Origin: Eutreptiella sp. 'Long Island Sound 2002'
Taxonomy: Eukaryota; Protista; Euglenida
Direction of reading: 5' to 3'
DNA: 64,000 nt
Assembly: GCA_964036045.1 (NCBI GenBank)
Contig: OZ038379.1
Location: 66,836,001 to 66,900,000 of the forward strand
Below, in pieces: positions 25,001-36,899 of the stretch (within the stretch, counting starts at the first letter, position 1; every line of letters begins with the position of its first letter). The notes below the pieces were generated by a model. It saw nothing but the letters and a program-made list of their open reading frames with translations. It was not told the DNA's origin and did no database searches. The position numbers and the translations under genes were made by a program.

Positions 25001-28000
25001 AAAGGCCGTTTTTGGGTTCTTTTCAAGACGATCGTCCTGAAAGTTCAGGACGATTGCTGGTGTGTAAAGGGGCTGTTTCAATGAGGACCGCTCTTCTTCG
25101 GTAGCAATTGGGCTATCAAAGGAATGCACATTGTTGTTCAAACAGGCATGCACCATGGTATGCTGTTGTGCGCCAGTCCGTTTTGAGGTGAAAATCAGCC
25201 GTTTTTGAGCCTTGTTTCTAGATGATCGTCGTAACCGTGGAGGTACATCTTCAATTCAAGCATTCCTCCTTCCACGGTGCTTCCAATGCGTTACACTAGA
25301 CTAGGACCCAGCTCGGTCCTAGTCTTACGTCTTGATTACTGAGCTAAGTGTACCGTGTCGAAGTTTTACAACCCTAATTAGGGTCTAAGTGTGAGCAACA
25401 CATTTTAGCAAGTAGCAAGCAAGCAGGAGGAGCAAGCAGCAAGCCGCAGCAGCACAGAGCAAGCAGCAAACAACAAGCAAGCAAGCGCGCAAAAAGTCCT
25501 TTTTGCCCACTTCATGTCTCCACACCAATTTAACTGTATCTCAAAACAACCGCATAGCATATGCGCATCACCACAATCAAGCTTTGTACCATTTTGAGCC
25601 GTCTCACCCATTCTATGGCGCATTTAGTGGTCAAAAATGACCATTTTCAGCTTGTTTTGTGGCAGCTTTCAAGATGATTGTCCTAAAAGTTCCGGACGAT
25701 CGTTACTGTGACTCAACCTTGGCATCCAAGTAGCTCGAAATGACCGGGGACCACATGCACATTACATGCATCAAGCTTTGTGCTATTTCAAGCCGTGTAG
25801 CCCGTTGTATGGCGGTTTTAGTGCCCAAAAATGGCCGTTTTTAGCCTACTTTGAGGTAGATTTCAAGACGGTTGTCCTCAACATTCAGAACGACCACCAA
25901 TGTGTCCACCAAGTGTCTCAAACGCAGCAATCACATCTACTACCCAGCTGGGTCTTAAGTGTAAGTCTTGATTACCGAGTTCGGTTTACCTTGTCGAGGT
26001 TTTACAACGCCAGTTAGGGGCCAGGGTGAGCAACACATTTTACCAACAAGCAAGAAATAAGCAGCACGAAGCAGGTGGGTCAAAAGTCTTTTTTTGTGCG
26101 CTTTGTGGCTCATAACGAAGAGCCAAGTCGCTCAAAACAACCGCCGAGCAAATGTGCATCAACACAGACAAGTTTTGTACTATTTTGAGCCCTTTAGACC
26201 GTTCTATGGCCTATTTCGTGTCCAAAAGTGCCCCCTTTTAGCCTATTTTGAGGCACTTTTCAGGACTATTGTCCTCATTGTGCCGGGCAATCACCAGTGT
26301 GCCATGGAAGTGTCTCAGATGCCGCAATGACATCTACCAGCCAGCTCGGTCCCAGTAGAAGTCTTGATTACCGAGCTGGGTTTACCTTGTGGAGGTTTTA
26401 AATCCTTTTTTAGGGTCCAATGATGAGCAACACACTTTAGTAGTAACAGCGGCAAGCGGCAAGCAATAGACCCAGAAAATTGTTTTTGCGAACACCCTTG
26501 CTGAGAACCGGCGTGCAAATAGCTCAAAACGACCGCGGACCAAATGTGCATCACCTGCAACAACTTTTGTGCCATTTCAAGTTGTTTAGCCTGTTCTGTG
26601 GCCGATTTAGTGTTTGAAAATGGCCGTTTTTGGGCTGTTTTCCGGAGGATCGTCCTGAAAGTTCAACGATTGCTGGTGAGCCAAGTAGGTGTCTCAAATT
26701 AGGGCCGTTTCTCTTCCCCATGGATTTGGGTATCAAATCATGCACATGGGGGTTCAATTCTCAATGCTTTGTGCCATTTCGAGCCATGTAGCTCGTTCTA
26801 TGGCGGATATAGTGTCCGAACATGGCCGTTTTGGCGTTGTTTTCAGAACGATCGTCCTAAAAGCTTAGAATGATCGCTGGTGCCGCGATTAGGGTATCCA
26901 ATGATGCAAATGGGTTTTCAAAAATGTGTCTTCCACACCGTGGTGCCCCGCCTTGGTCCATTTTGAGGTGAAAATGAGCCCGTTGTAGAACAAGTTTTCA
27001 AAATTTTTAGTAGGAAGCAACGGAAGAAAGAAAATTGTCAAAGGTGTCAACAGCAACACTCATCAAAACCGGCATCAAGGTAGCACAAAGCAACGACACA
27101 GCTAATGCGCGCCACCTGCAACATCTTTTGTGCCATTTCATTTGTCTAGTTTGTTTTATTACTGAGATAGGGTTACCCAGTCGGGGTTTTACAACCCTTC
27201 TTAGGGTCCAAAGATGAGCCACACGATTTAGCAGCAGCTGCAACAGCAGCAAGCAGGAGCAGCAACAATAGGCAATTCAAAGTCTTTTTGAAGACATCGT
27301 GGCTCAAAACCAGCATCCAAGAAGCTCAAAACGACCACACACCAAATGCTCATTATGTGCAATAAGTTTTATGCCATTTCGAGCCGTCTGGCCCATTCTA
27401 CGGCCAATTTAGTGTCCAAAAATGGCCGTTTTTGGTGCTGTTTTCAGAACGATCGTCCCAAAAGTTCAGGACGATCGCTGATGTGTCAAGTGGGTGTCTC
27501 CAATGAGCGTGGTTCTTCTTCCATCGCTATTGGATTGTCACATCATTGCAAGTTGGTGTTCAATAAGGCGTGCACCATGCCGTTGTGCCATGCGGTGGTC
27601 CGTTTTTGAGCCGTTTTTCAGGACAATGGTCCCAAATGTGCAGAGCCAGTTCCAAACCCAAGTGTTTCTCTTTCACACCGATTTCCTATGCATTCAGTAA
27701 GACTAGGACCCAGCTTGGTGCTAGTCCTAAGTCTTCATTTCCGAGCTAGGTTTACCTGATCAAGGTTTTACAACCCTACTTAGGCTTTGAGGGTGAGCAA
27801 TACATTTTAGTAGCAACAGCAGCAATAGCAAAAGCGGCAAGCAGCAAGCAGCAATAGCAAGCGGCAACAGCAAGCAGGCACTTGAAAAGTCTTTTTTGCC
27901 CTATTCCGGGCTCAAAACCGGGACCCAGGTCGCTCAAAATTACTTCAGAGCAAATGCGCACCACCACAAGGTTTGTGCTATTTCGAGCCGTGTAGGCCGT

Positions 28001-29470
28001 TCAATGGCTGACTAAGTGTCCGAAAATGGCCGTTTTGAGCCTATTTTGAGGCAATTTTTGGGATGATCGTCTCAAAAGTTCAGGATGTTCGTCATTGTGA
28101 ATGAAAGTTGGCATCTAGGTAGCTCAAAACAACCGGGGAGCGAATGCGCATCACCACAAGCAAATAATGTGCTATTTTGAGCCCTATAGCCCGTTCATGG
28201 CGAATTTAGTGTCCAAAAATGGCCGTTTTCAGCCTGTTTTGGAGCATCCCTAAGGACGATCGTCCTGAAAGTTCAAGAGGATGAGCAATGTGCCAACAAA
28301 GTGGCTCAAATGCAGCATTGTCTCCTACCACCCAGCTCGGTCCTAGTATAAGTCTTAATTACGGAGCTTGGTTTACCCTATTGAGGTTTTAGAACTCCTC
28401 TTAGGGTCCAAGGATGAGCAACACATTTTAACAGTAGCAGCAGCAACAACGGCAATTAGCAAGCAACAGCAGCGGCAACATTCGCAACTAAACTCGTATG
28501 TGCGGACACCATGGCTCAAAACCGACATCCAAGTAGCTCAAAACGACCACAAAGCAAATGTGTATCACCTGCAAGAAAGTTTGTGCCATTTCAAGCCGTC
28601 TCGCCCGTTCTATGGCCACTTTAGTGTTCCAAAATGGCCGTTTTGGGGCTGTTTTCAGGAGGATCATCCCGAAAGTTTAAGACGATCGCCGGGGTGTTTT
28701 CAATGAGGGCCTTTCATCTTGGGTAGCGATTGGGCTCTCAAAAGAATGCAAACGCGTGTTCAATGAGGCGTGTGCCATGCGGTGGTGCCATGCGGTGGCC
28801 GATTTTGAGGTGAAAACGAGCCATTTTTTGAGCCGTGTTTCAGGAAGATCGTCGTGACCATGGAGGAACATCTCCAAACCAAGCGGTTTTTCCTCCACGG
28901 TGATTTCCTATGTGTTAAGAAAGACTTGGGCCCAGCTTGGCTTACTCCCCATCTTAGGGTCCAAGGGTGAGCAACACATTTTAGCAGCTGCAAGCAAGCA
29001 GCAGCAAGCAGAGGATTACAAACGTTTTTCGGCGGACACTATGACTCAAAATCAGCAACCAAGTAGCTCAAAATGATTGCCTGGCAAATGTGCATCACAC
29101 GCAACAAGTTTTGTGGCATTTTGAGCCGTCTAGCCCATTTTATGGTCAATTTAGTGTCCAAAAAATGGCCCTTTTCAGCCTGTTTTCAGGACGATCGTCC
29201 GCATAGTTCGGGACGATCGCCGGTCTGTCAAGTGCCCGTCTCCGATGAGGGCCATTTTTGTTCCATAGCAAAAGGGTCGAATGATTGCAAACGGCTGTTC
29301 AATAAAACTTCTTCCACACCATGGTGCCTCTCGATAGTCCATTTCGAGGTAGAAATAAGCCGTTTTTGGACCCTTTTTCAGGATGTTCGTCTCGAACGTG
29401 CAGTTGCATCTCCAAAGCAGGCGATTTACCTTCCACGGCAATTTCCTGTGCGTTCAGCCACACTACCCAA
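15940..29470. repeat. Complex ~400-670-bp satellite (~25 diverged units) with CAG/CAGCAAG tracts and internal palindromes
   Basis: Recurring modules: tttagcagc..., ggtccaaaagtccttgcgaccacaccgtggctcaaaaccggcatccaagtagctc, caggacgatcgtcctg, gccgtggtgccacgg, actaggacccagctcggtcctagt. Divergence increases beyond ~24 kb. Confidence 0.92.
20660..21270 (-). repeat. One inverted unit within the complex satellite
   Basis: Modules appear as reverse complements (ctgctgctgc tract at ~21155-21190, gccggttttgagccgcggtgtggtcgcaagg); orientation reverts at ~21265. Confidence 0.9.
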
Positions 29471-30507
29471 ACTGCACGCGGCCCACAGGCCAGGGGTCTG
29501 GGATGTCCCACCGGGCCGTGATGGTCGTAACTTATGCAGCGCTAGCAGGGGATAGGAGCCCCCAAACAGCGCGGGGACCAAAGGTTGCCGTGTGCTCAGA
29601 GCATTGCACTGTGCGCCTGCCAGCGCCAGCAGTGCAAAGCAGATGATCGTCAATATCACGAGCCACCCATGCGCCCGAGGCGCCATGCCGGTTTTTGCAA
29701 GACAGAGACTTCACTTTCCGCATTTTGGTCATCCATTTCGAGCTCGAAACTCGGTTGGGGCATCATTTCGCATGAAAAAGGTCAGTGGTACTGCCATGAA
29801 CTCTCTTTTTCTGCATGGTGGAGGAAATGGGGCTGATGGGAGGACATTGCAACAGCAACACCGCAATGACCCCGTCGAGGACAATGTTCGGATGGCATGT
29901 TCTCGCATTTTGAATAATGCCGTTGACACCCCGCAGTGCATTAAGCTGCCTTGCTGTGCAAAAACAGTTGTGCTCTGGGGTTTTAGGGAAGTGAAGATCG
30001 ATTTAGAGACCGAGAAGGGGTTTCAAGCCACCGCTGATGTGATGGAGCGGCGGGGCATGAAGGTTGTCGGGGTTGCCATGCGGTACATTGAATCTCTGAC
30101 AGAGGTGTGCTCGTTTGGGTGGCTGCTGGTGTTTGTGACAACACACACGCCGTCCCATGCCCCCCACCCCCTGTCGCCCCTGGTCATTGGGTGTTCTTGT
30201 GCTCGACGTCGCTGATGTGTATGCTTGTCTCCTGTGAATGTTCATGGGCTTGTGTTTCTCTATGTGTGGACTGGAGCTCTGGCGGCTTTGTCGCTGCGTG
30301 CAAGGACTCAACACCAACAACACCAATGCATTCATCCTGCCAGTGCCTGTCCACCTTATATATCGCAGGTCCTGGCAGAGTACAAACCATTTTGTTTCGT
30401 GGGAATGGTCGGGTTGGAGGAGGCTGTGCGCCCCAATGCCATCCCCTATTTGCGGCGGCTGCAGCGCATGAATGTGCTGATCGTCATGTTTACCAATGAA
30501 TCCTTAG
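29440..30507 (+). pseudogene. P-type ATPase-like relic (N/P-domain region) with GT-AG intron 30105-30368
   Basis: KTETSLSAF, HELSFSAWWRK (F.S.RK), ACSRIL, MERRGMKVVGVAMR (G.RVL.VA), and FVGMVGLEEAVRPNAIPYLRRLQRMNVLIVMFT (F.G..G..D..R...AI..L...I..VM.T). The intron joins ESLTE|VLAEYKPF in frame; a stop and frame change occur near 29836. Confidence 0.6.
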
Positions 30508-31314
30508 GTGTGTGGGCAATCTGTGGCCCTGGCCGTAGCACTGGCTTCCAGTACCAGGGAATGTTTGCCCCCCCCCCCCCCCCCTTGTAGTGGACAATCG
30601 CCTCTTGAGCAGCGCTGTGTGTTTTCTGATACTGGTTGGCACAGCAGATGACGAAACAATGGCACAATATGACAGACTGCTGTCCTTTATACACCCATCG
30701 CGCCCCCATAAAAGTCACTCGAAACATTAGGGGCTACTGCGAGGTAGTGCAAAGAAAAAAGGGTGGGAAAATAGTTTTTTTTTGTTTTCGTCGCATTTGC
30801 TTCCCTCGCACTGAACATTTGAGGTGTCTGTGGTAAAACTTAGAAAAAAACATTTTGTTACTGATTCTTTCTTCCGCCTGTAGGTTTTCTACCCAGTACT
30901 AAACGTTGTGGAAGAAAAAGTTTTTTACTTAGTAAAAAAAGCTGGGGTGATGGACTCCCAGTTCCCCTTCCCACTGTCACGGCACACCTGTGACAAGCAT
31001 TTGGGAGGACTGCCGAAATTTTGTGATAAACAAAGTCACTTTTTTGGTGCATTATAATAGCATGATCATTCACTACTTCATTGTGCACTAGTTGGAGTGC
31101 TAGTCCCAACGTAGCGCCGAACAGATGCCGTCCTGTGTTGCCACACAAGCAGCCATTTTGGTGTGGCCAGGGATGTATTAGAACGGCTGACAACCATAGG
31201 AGGACCCCCCCCCCCCCGGACCCCCCTCCTCCCCTTCCAATGTTTGAGGTTGGCAGTAGGGATGGATCCAAATTTTTGCTTCCACGCCTTTGGCGCAAGA
31301 GGATTTAAGCCTCT

Positions 31315-32529
31315 TTGTGTGTCTTTCCCCTGTTTTCTTTCCTTTGCAGGTGTGCCTCCAAATCAGGCCTACTCCGTTCCTTTGCCTACATGAGTGTCAG
31401 TTTCTGTGTGCTGTGTGCTGTGTGTGGGCGTTGTGCACGCAAAACTGTTTTCTGTGCTGCCCCAACTTGCTGCAGCAAGCATATCGACAGGCATCGCGCC
31501 AAAAGTTGCTACCAAAGAAACCAAAGTCGCAGGCGGTTCGTGCTTGGCTGTTCATGCTTGCAAGCAGCTACAACAGCAGCAGCAGCAGAACTGTTGTGCA
31601 AGAAACTGACACCCCGGTTGCCACTAGAGCAAGCATTAGTGTGGCCACAGCCTGGCTGGTCAGTTTTGCAGCGTTTAAGGGCACGAGCCCACGCCACAAC
31701 TGTGTTAGCTACAATGAAGCACAAGCATGTTGGGTCAGCATGGCATGTGCTGGCAAAAAGGATTGCACTGTTGCCAACATCCATCACTTCCTTTGGGTTG
31801 TTCGGACCGAAAGTTAGTCAGCCCTGGGTTCCTTGCAATTGCCTTTCAAGCTGTCCCCTTCGTTTTGTGCTGCAAGGGAAAAGAGTTGTCAGCCATTGGC
31901 ATAGGTTCCTTAGGGAGAAGCCCAAGTGGGCTGATCGCTTGTTTGATCTCTGGGAGGAGTGGGAACAAATCAAATGCTCACCTGTCTCCCATGACAGTTT
32001 GCAAAAACAGAAACCCAAAAAGGACATCCTTTTTTTGGGAACCAACCATCCAGCAGTAGAGGAGCTATGGTCCCGCATGCATGTCATCCTTTGTTGCGCA
32101 TTGGCTTTGCCATTAGGTTCTAGTGATGTGGAATGGCTATTCTCATTGTTGAAGTGCATCAACAAACCAGAACGAAGGAGGTTGGTGATGCCAAAGATTG
32201 AAAGGTTGGTGGTGGTTTGCAAGAGACCCCCCCCCATTGTAATGAGTACAATTTTTCTGAGCGCGGTGTCCAAGTACCGCGAGAAGCGGCGGGTTGGGAA
32301 ATTGCGCAGACCCAAGGCTGTCATGGGAAAGAAACGGAAAACAGGTACGAATTCCTTCGAGGAAATCATCAGTTTGGAACCCGATTTGTCCAGCGGACAA
32401 GATGCTAGTAACGTGGTTAGTACCAGAAAGGATGGCACACTGTGCATCAATAGCTCTGAGCCTACGTCCCCGGACAATTTTGCCTCCAGCTCTGACCTCA
32501 ACTCCGGCCCTGAAGAAGAAGAACGGTAG
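31315..32529 (+). pseudogene. hAT-family transposase fragment with C-terminal dimerisation domain
   Basis: ALALPLGSSDVEWLFSLLKCINKPERRRL (~32098-32190) matches L.LP.SS..VER.FS..K.I.T..R.RL. Confidence 0.7.
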
Positions 32530-33231
32530 AATGGTGCACACGGACTGGGGAACACTCTGTTCTTGATGATGAAAGACATCTAGTCCGCTCATTGCTAACT
32601 CCATTATGTGCATAACTACTTCATGATGCACCTGCAGGGCCAGCAGGTGCGGAATTCTGGGATCATGGGACTTAGAGCAAGCGTTAAAAATCATTTGGTA
32701 CCATAAGCTAGGGTGACCATACGAGGAGGGGGGTCCCGCCAACCCGCACTCGTCCCACCCAGCCACCCTTTCCTCTTTTCCAATACATTGTTGGGTTTGG
32801 CCCCTCAAGTTGGGGTTATGGACTCCCACAATTTGGTGTGGCCCCTCAAGTTGGGGTGATGGATTCCGACGGATGGGGAAACAACGGGTGTGGCATGGGT
32901 TATCCCCAGTTTATTATGGAGTGCCTTGTTTGCCATTCCACAACGTAGGCAGCAATTGGTTGAATCGCGGCCACCGCGCTTTGGAAGAGGTGTCCATTGA
33001 TATGCCTTTTGCACCACCCTAGAGTGTGGCTCAAGTATATAGTTTGGGCAATTTGCGTTGGGTACTCCGCTTGTTGTTGATCGCCTCAACTCCTGAGTTC
33101 CTCTGGTTTCACTTTGACCCCCTATGTGACGGGCCACACATTGTTGGAGCTTGCAGGGGTTGGTTGTTGTGGATTTGATTGCCGGACGAGAAGGCACTCA
33201 ACCACAATGACGGAAGAAGTGGGCAAAGTTT

Positions 33232-34543
33232 TTGGATGCTTTCAGTGCCCATGCCCTTACAATTGAACCCGTGCACTCCACCTTCATTGGGCAAGTTGAT
33301 GGTGTCATTTGCCATGCGGCACGTCTCGTGACATTGCGGTCTCTACGCGTTGTTAATGACATATTGCAAGTGCCACAAGATCCATTGTGGTTGCTGCGTG
33401 AAACCGCACAAGCTACTTTGCACTACAATCGTTCGAAGTCAGCCTCCACACCTAGAACCCCAACAATGCATTGGGAGGCGGCTCGGATGTACACCGAACC
33501 CAAATTTGTGGACCTTGCTCACAAATCCTTTTTTTCTGATGCCATATGTGATATGATGTGCAACCCCACCCCACCCCGTTTCGGGGACCCGCTTTCCTCA
33601 AATTGGCCCGAAACGTTAGCCCAAATACGTGGAGTTCTAATAGTTGCGGTAAAGCACACCATTCGCTGAAGGTGTTTGTGTTGTGGTGGTGAATACCCTT
33701 GTGCAACCGTGTTCCAATTGTGTTAACAGACAAGTGTCATGACATAGTGCTCTATTTGTGGCAGCAGGGGGTCAACATTGATTTCAACTGTTGACCTTGA
33801 CGCCACTCAACAGGCACGGTTTTAGGAACGACATGCGGAAAAGCCAAAAGGGTCTCTGTTGTGTACATTGTGTGTGCGGTACTTTCAGCCAGCACCGTTC
33901 TTTGCGAAGAAGGCGGCTACCTCATCAGTACCAGGTACCAACAAAGGCAATGTGTCGAGTTGCCTTTGTGGGCGAAAAATTGCCTGATTATACTGATACG
34001 CGGTGGTCCTCCGCATGTGATGCTTCTGAACAACATGCCACATTTTTGTTGGCTAAGCTCAAGTGGGTGCACGCTGAGGCAACGTGCAAGGAAGAAAAGC
34101 AAATAGATAGGGACCAAGCCACTTACCACAAAACGGTATTGGACAAGGCAACTGCAGTGCTTCAAAAGTAGCGCCTCATTGTGCTTTTTCTAGCCACTTC
34201 GTTCCGTGGTTTTGGTAAGCCCATCTACAATTTTTTAATAGGTTTGCAAGTTGACATTGTTCCCAATGGCTGTGCCGATACAAACCGCCACCCCATTGCA
34301 CATCGCCTGTATTGTAGGGTGCTAGAATTGGAGGCACGGCTGGAGGTGTATGTGGCAGATGTACAAACTCTACCAGGTGTACAAACGGTCTTGAACCTCT
34401 TGCATAATGCTGATATGAAAAAGCACTACGCCACACAATTGCAACGAAGGGAACGTGTGTTGGGGGCCAAGGACGAATTTTTTGAAACCGAAATGCAGCA
34501 CTTGCACCGATTTATGCAAACTTACCTCAGCGCGAAACATTGA
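33232..34543 (+). pseudogene. hAT-like transposase catalytic-core fragment, frameshifted
   Basis: CVHCVC followed by LPDYTDTRWSS (TRW at ~33998), a typical hAT core signature; several short ORFs in different frames. Confidence 0.55.
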
Positions 34544-35814
34544 ACCCAAATCAGTGGATCCCCGTTTCAAGGGGGGGGGATGGGTTAATGTGCTACAAAT
34601 GCAAGGTTCTTTTGTGTACCCTCCATGCCTCTATGGTGTTTCACTTGGATATATGTGTAGGATTGTGCCAATTTTAGGTTGCCCACCTTGGTGTTGTTGC
34701 TCTTGCTGCTATTGTTGCTGGGTGTGATGGCACAGATGATACCCATCCCCATGTGTGGATCTGTTGCAAGTGGTATGTGCTACCTCCTCAACACCCCCAA
34801 ATGCTGATGGTCAATTGAGAAACGATGAAGACTTTGGGACCAAGTTGCAAGGGGAAATGAAAAAGCCATGTTTCTGATGTGCACAGTGAATTCCACAGAG
34901 GCAGGCAAACCGAGACATATAAATAATAAGGCCGATTTGGTCTCTAAGTGTGTGTTGTGTAACGAGTTGCAAGTACTTGGCACTAACGTTGGTTGTGGCC
35001 CTGCCGGGTGATTTTTTTGGATTACACCTAGTTTTGTTCCCACTGCTACCGTTGTGATCTTGGCCATGGCCTTGTCAGGACTGTTTTCTTGCGCTTGATA
35101 TTGTTTGTATTGCCCAATCCCACTTCTACCATGTTGTATTGTATTATATTGGTTGAGTGCCAACTATTTGGTGTGCATGATGGTTTAGCCGAGGTGGGGC
35201 GCCGGTAACACAAACGGCGGAGAATCGACCCGGGGGCTTTGTGCCTTGAAACAAAAGTACCACCTATCATTCACGTGTTGAGTTCCTAATTAGAAAGGGG
35301 GGTGCTCAAATTTGATAACAATTTTCCTTTTTTTTTTTGAATAAATTTTCACTAGCTATTGTTTACCAACTTGTGCCTCGTTACTACTAAGCTTTACTAC
35401 ATTTTACGAAGTTTCACCTCCCTTGGTACTAAATTTTACCGTATACCCACATTTAAGTGTACATTTCTGCCATGCGGCAAGTGAATTTTTCCGCCAAGAC
35501 GATCCCATTTTCGGTGTTTTGTCGATTTAAAAGAAGATATCCACGGCTTCTTGAGGTTTGACGGTGCCGGAGTTCAACAAGATTTTGTTTGTGCATTGAG
35601 GGATTTGTGGTGCTTGAACAAGTAGCAGCACCGGCATTGGTACTGGTCTTGTCTCCATATATTATTCGCCGAGAGGCAATGAAGGTATAGAGTACCTGTG
35701 TATGCACGCGTGCCTCTTAAGTACTCCACTTGGTGGGTGTGTGAGACACCTTTCAAACAATTAAGGGTGCAGATAAGGAGCTCCACGCTAAGGGGGGCAC
35801 GAAGGCTCACACCC

Positions 35815-36490
35815 TCTAAACCTCCTCATAGCAGCCAATTCTGATTTTGGCCCCTCTTCTGTGGGACCCCGAGAATATAGGGTTGAATAGCAAGTCGGAC
35901 CACTTGTAGGCTGCCGAGAATGCAAGGGGCAGGTAGCAAACTCTGATTTTGTCCTCCTTCGATTGGGGACCCCCGAGAACGCAATGGATATTTCCGGCCG
36001 CTTGTGGGCCGTCGAGAAGGCAGGGGTGAGGCAGCCAATTCTGATTTTGTCTCCTCTTCTGTGGACCCCCGAGAAGATAGAGGTTACGTAGCAATTCCAC
36101 CTCCTTGCGGGCTGCCGAGAAGGCAAGGGTGAGGTAGTGAATTCTGATTTTGTCCTCCTTCAACTGGGGACCTCCGAGAACACAAGGGTTATTTCTGGCC
36201 CCTTGTGGGCCGTCTAGAAGGCAGGGGTGAGGCAGCCAATTCGGATTTTGTTCCCTCTTCTATGAAATCCCGAGGATGTAGAGGTTACGTAGCAATTCTA
36301 CCCACTTGCCGGCCGCCGGTAAGGTAGGGTTGAGGTGGTCAATTCTGATTTGGTCCTCCTTCGATTGGGGACCCCCGAGAACGTAGGGGTTGCGTAGCAT
36401 TTCTGCCCACTTGTGGGCCCCCGAGAAGGCAAGAGTGCGCCCTCCGATTCTGATTTTGTTCCTTGTTTTCGGACCCGTGAGAATGCAGGG
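35815..36490. repeat. ~100-bp tandem repeat with alternating variants (~200-bp dimer)
   Basis: aattctgattttgtcc-like core recurs roughly every 94-107 bp (approx. 35835, 35940, 36035, 36140, 36237, 36340, 36445). Confidence 0.8.
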
Positions 36491-36899
36491 GTTACGTAGC
36501 AAATCTGCCCTACTAGAACAACTTTCGTTGCTATTGAGGAAACCGAGCCTATCTTCCGTTGCCTTGCGTCACGTGTGTGTGCATGCACTTTATGGCTACT
36601 GTAGAGACCTACGTTCACACCAATATGGTAAATTTCAGTTTTTTTAGAAATGAAAGGGGGTAAAATTAACATGTCAAATATTAACACGTTAATCCAATTT
36701 TGGCCCGTTTGTGCCGCTTTGCTTGTGCGCGTACTATGCCCATTAAGGGTTTTCGGTTTGTCAAAGGGTTCACAACGGGGTGGTAGAGCGTAGAGGGGTT
36801 CCATACTCTTAGAGGTAGTTACATAGGCCCACATTCTTCTCCCTGGTCCCCCTGCTCACACCACACCCAAGTACCCTATTCTATTGTGTAGCTCTTGTT

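Noticed and set aside
15940-29470. Many short ORFs and poly-Q/poly-A peptides
   Set aside because: They are by-products of translating the satellite and its CAG tracts; frames are not conserved between units.
30858-31298. H-x6-H-x22-C-x2-C resembling an integrase Zn-binding domain
   Set aside because: Spacing is marginal and no integrase core follows.
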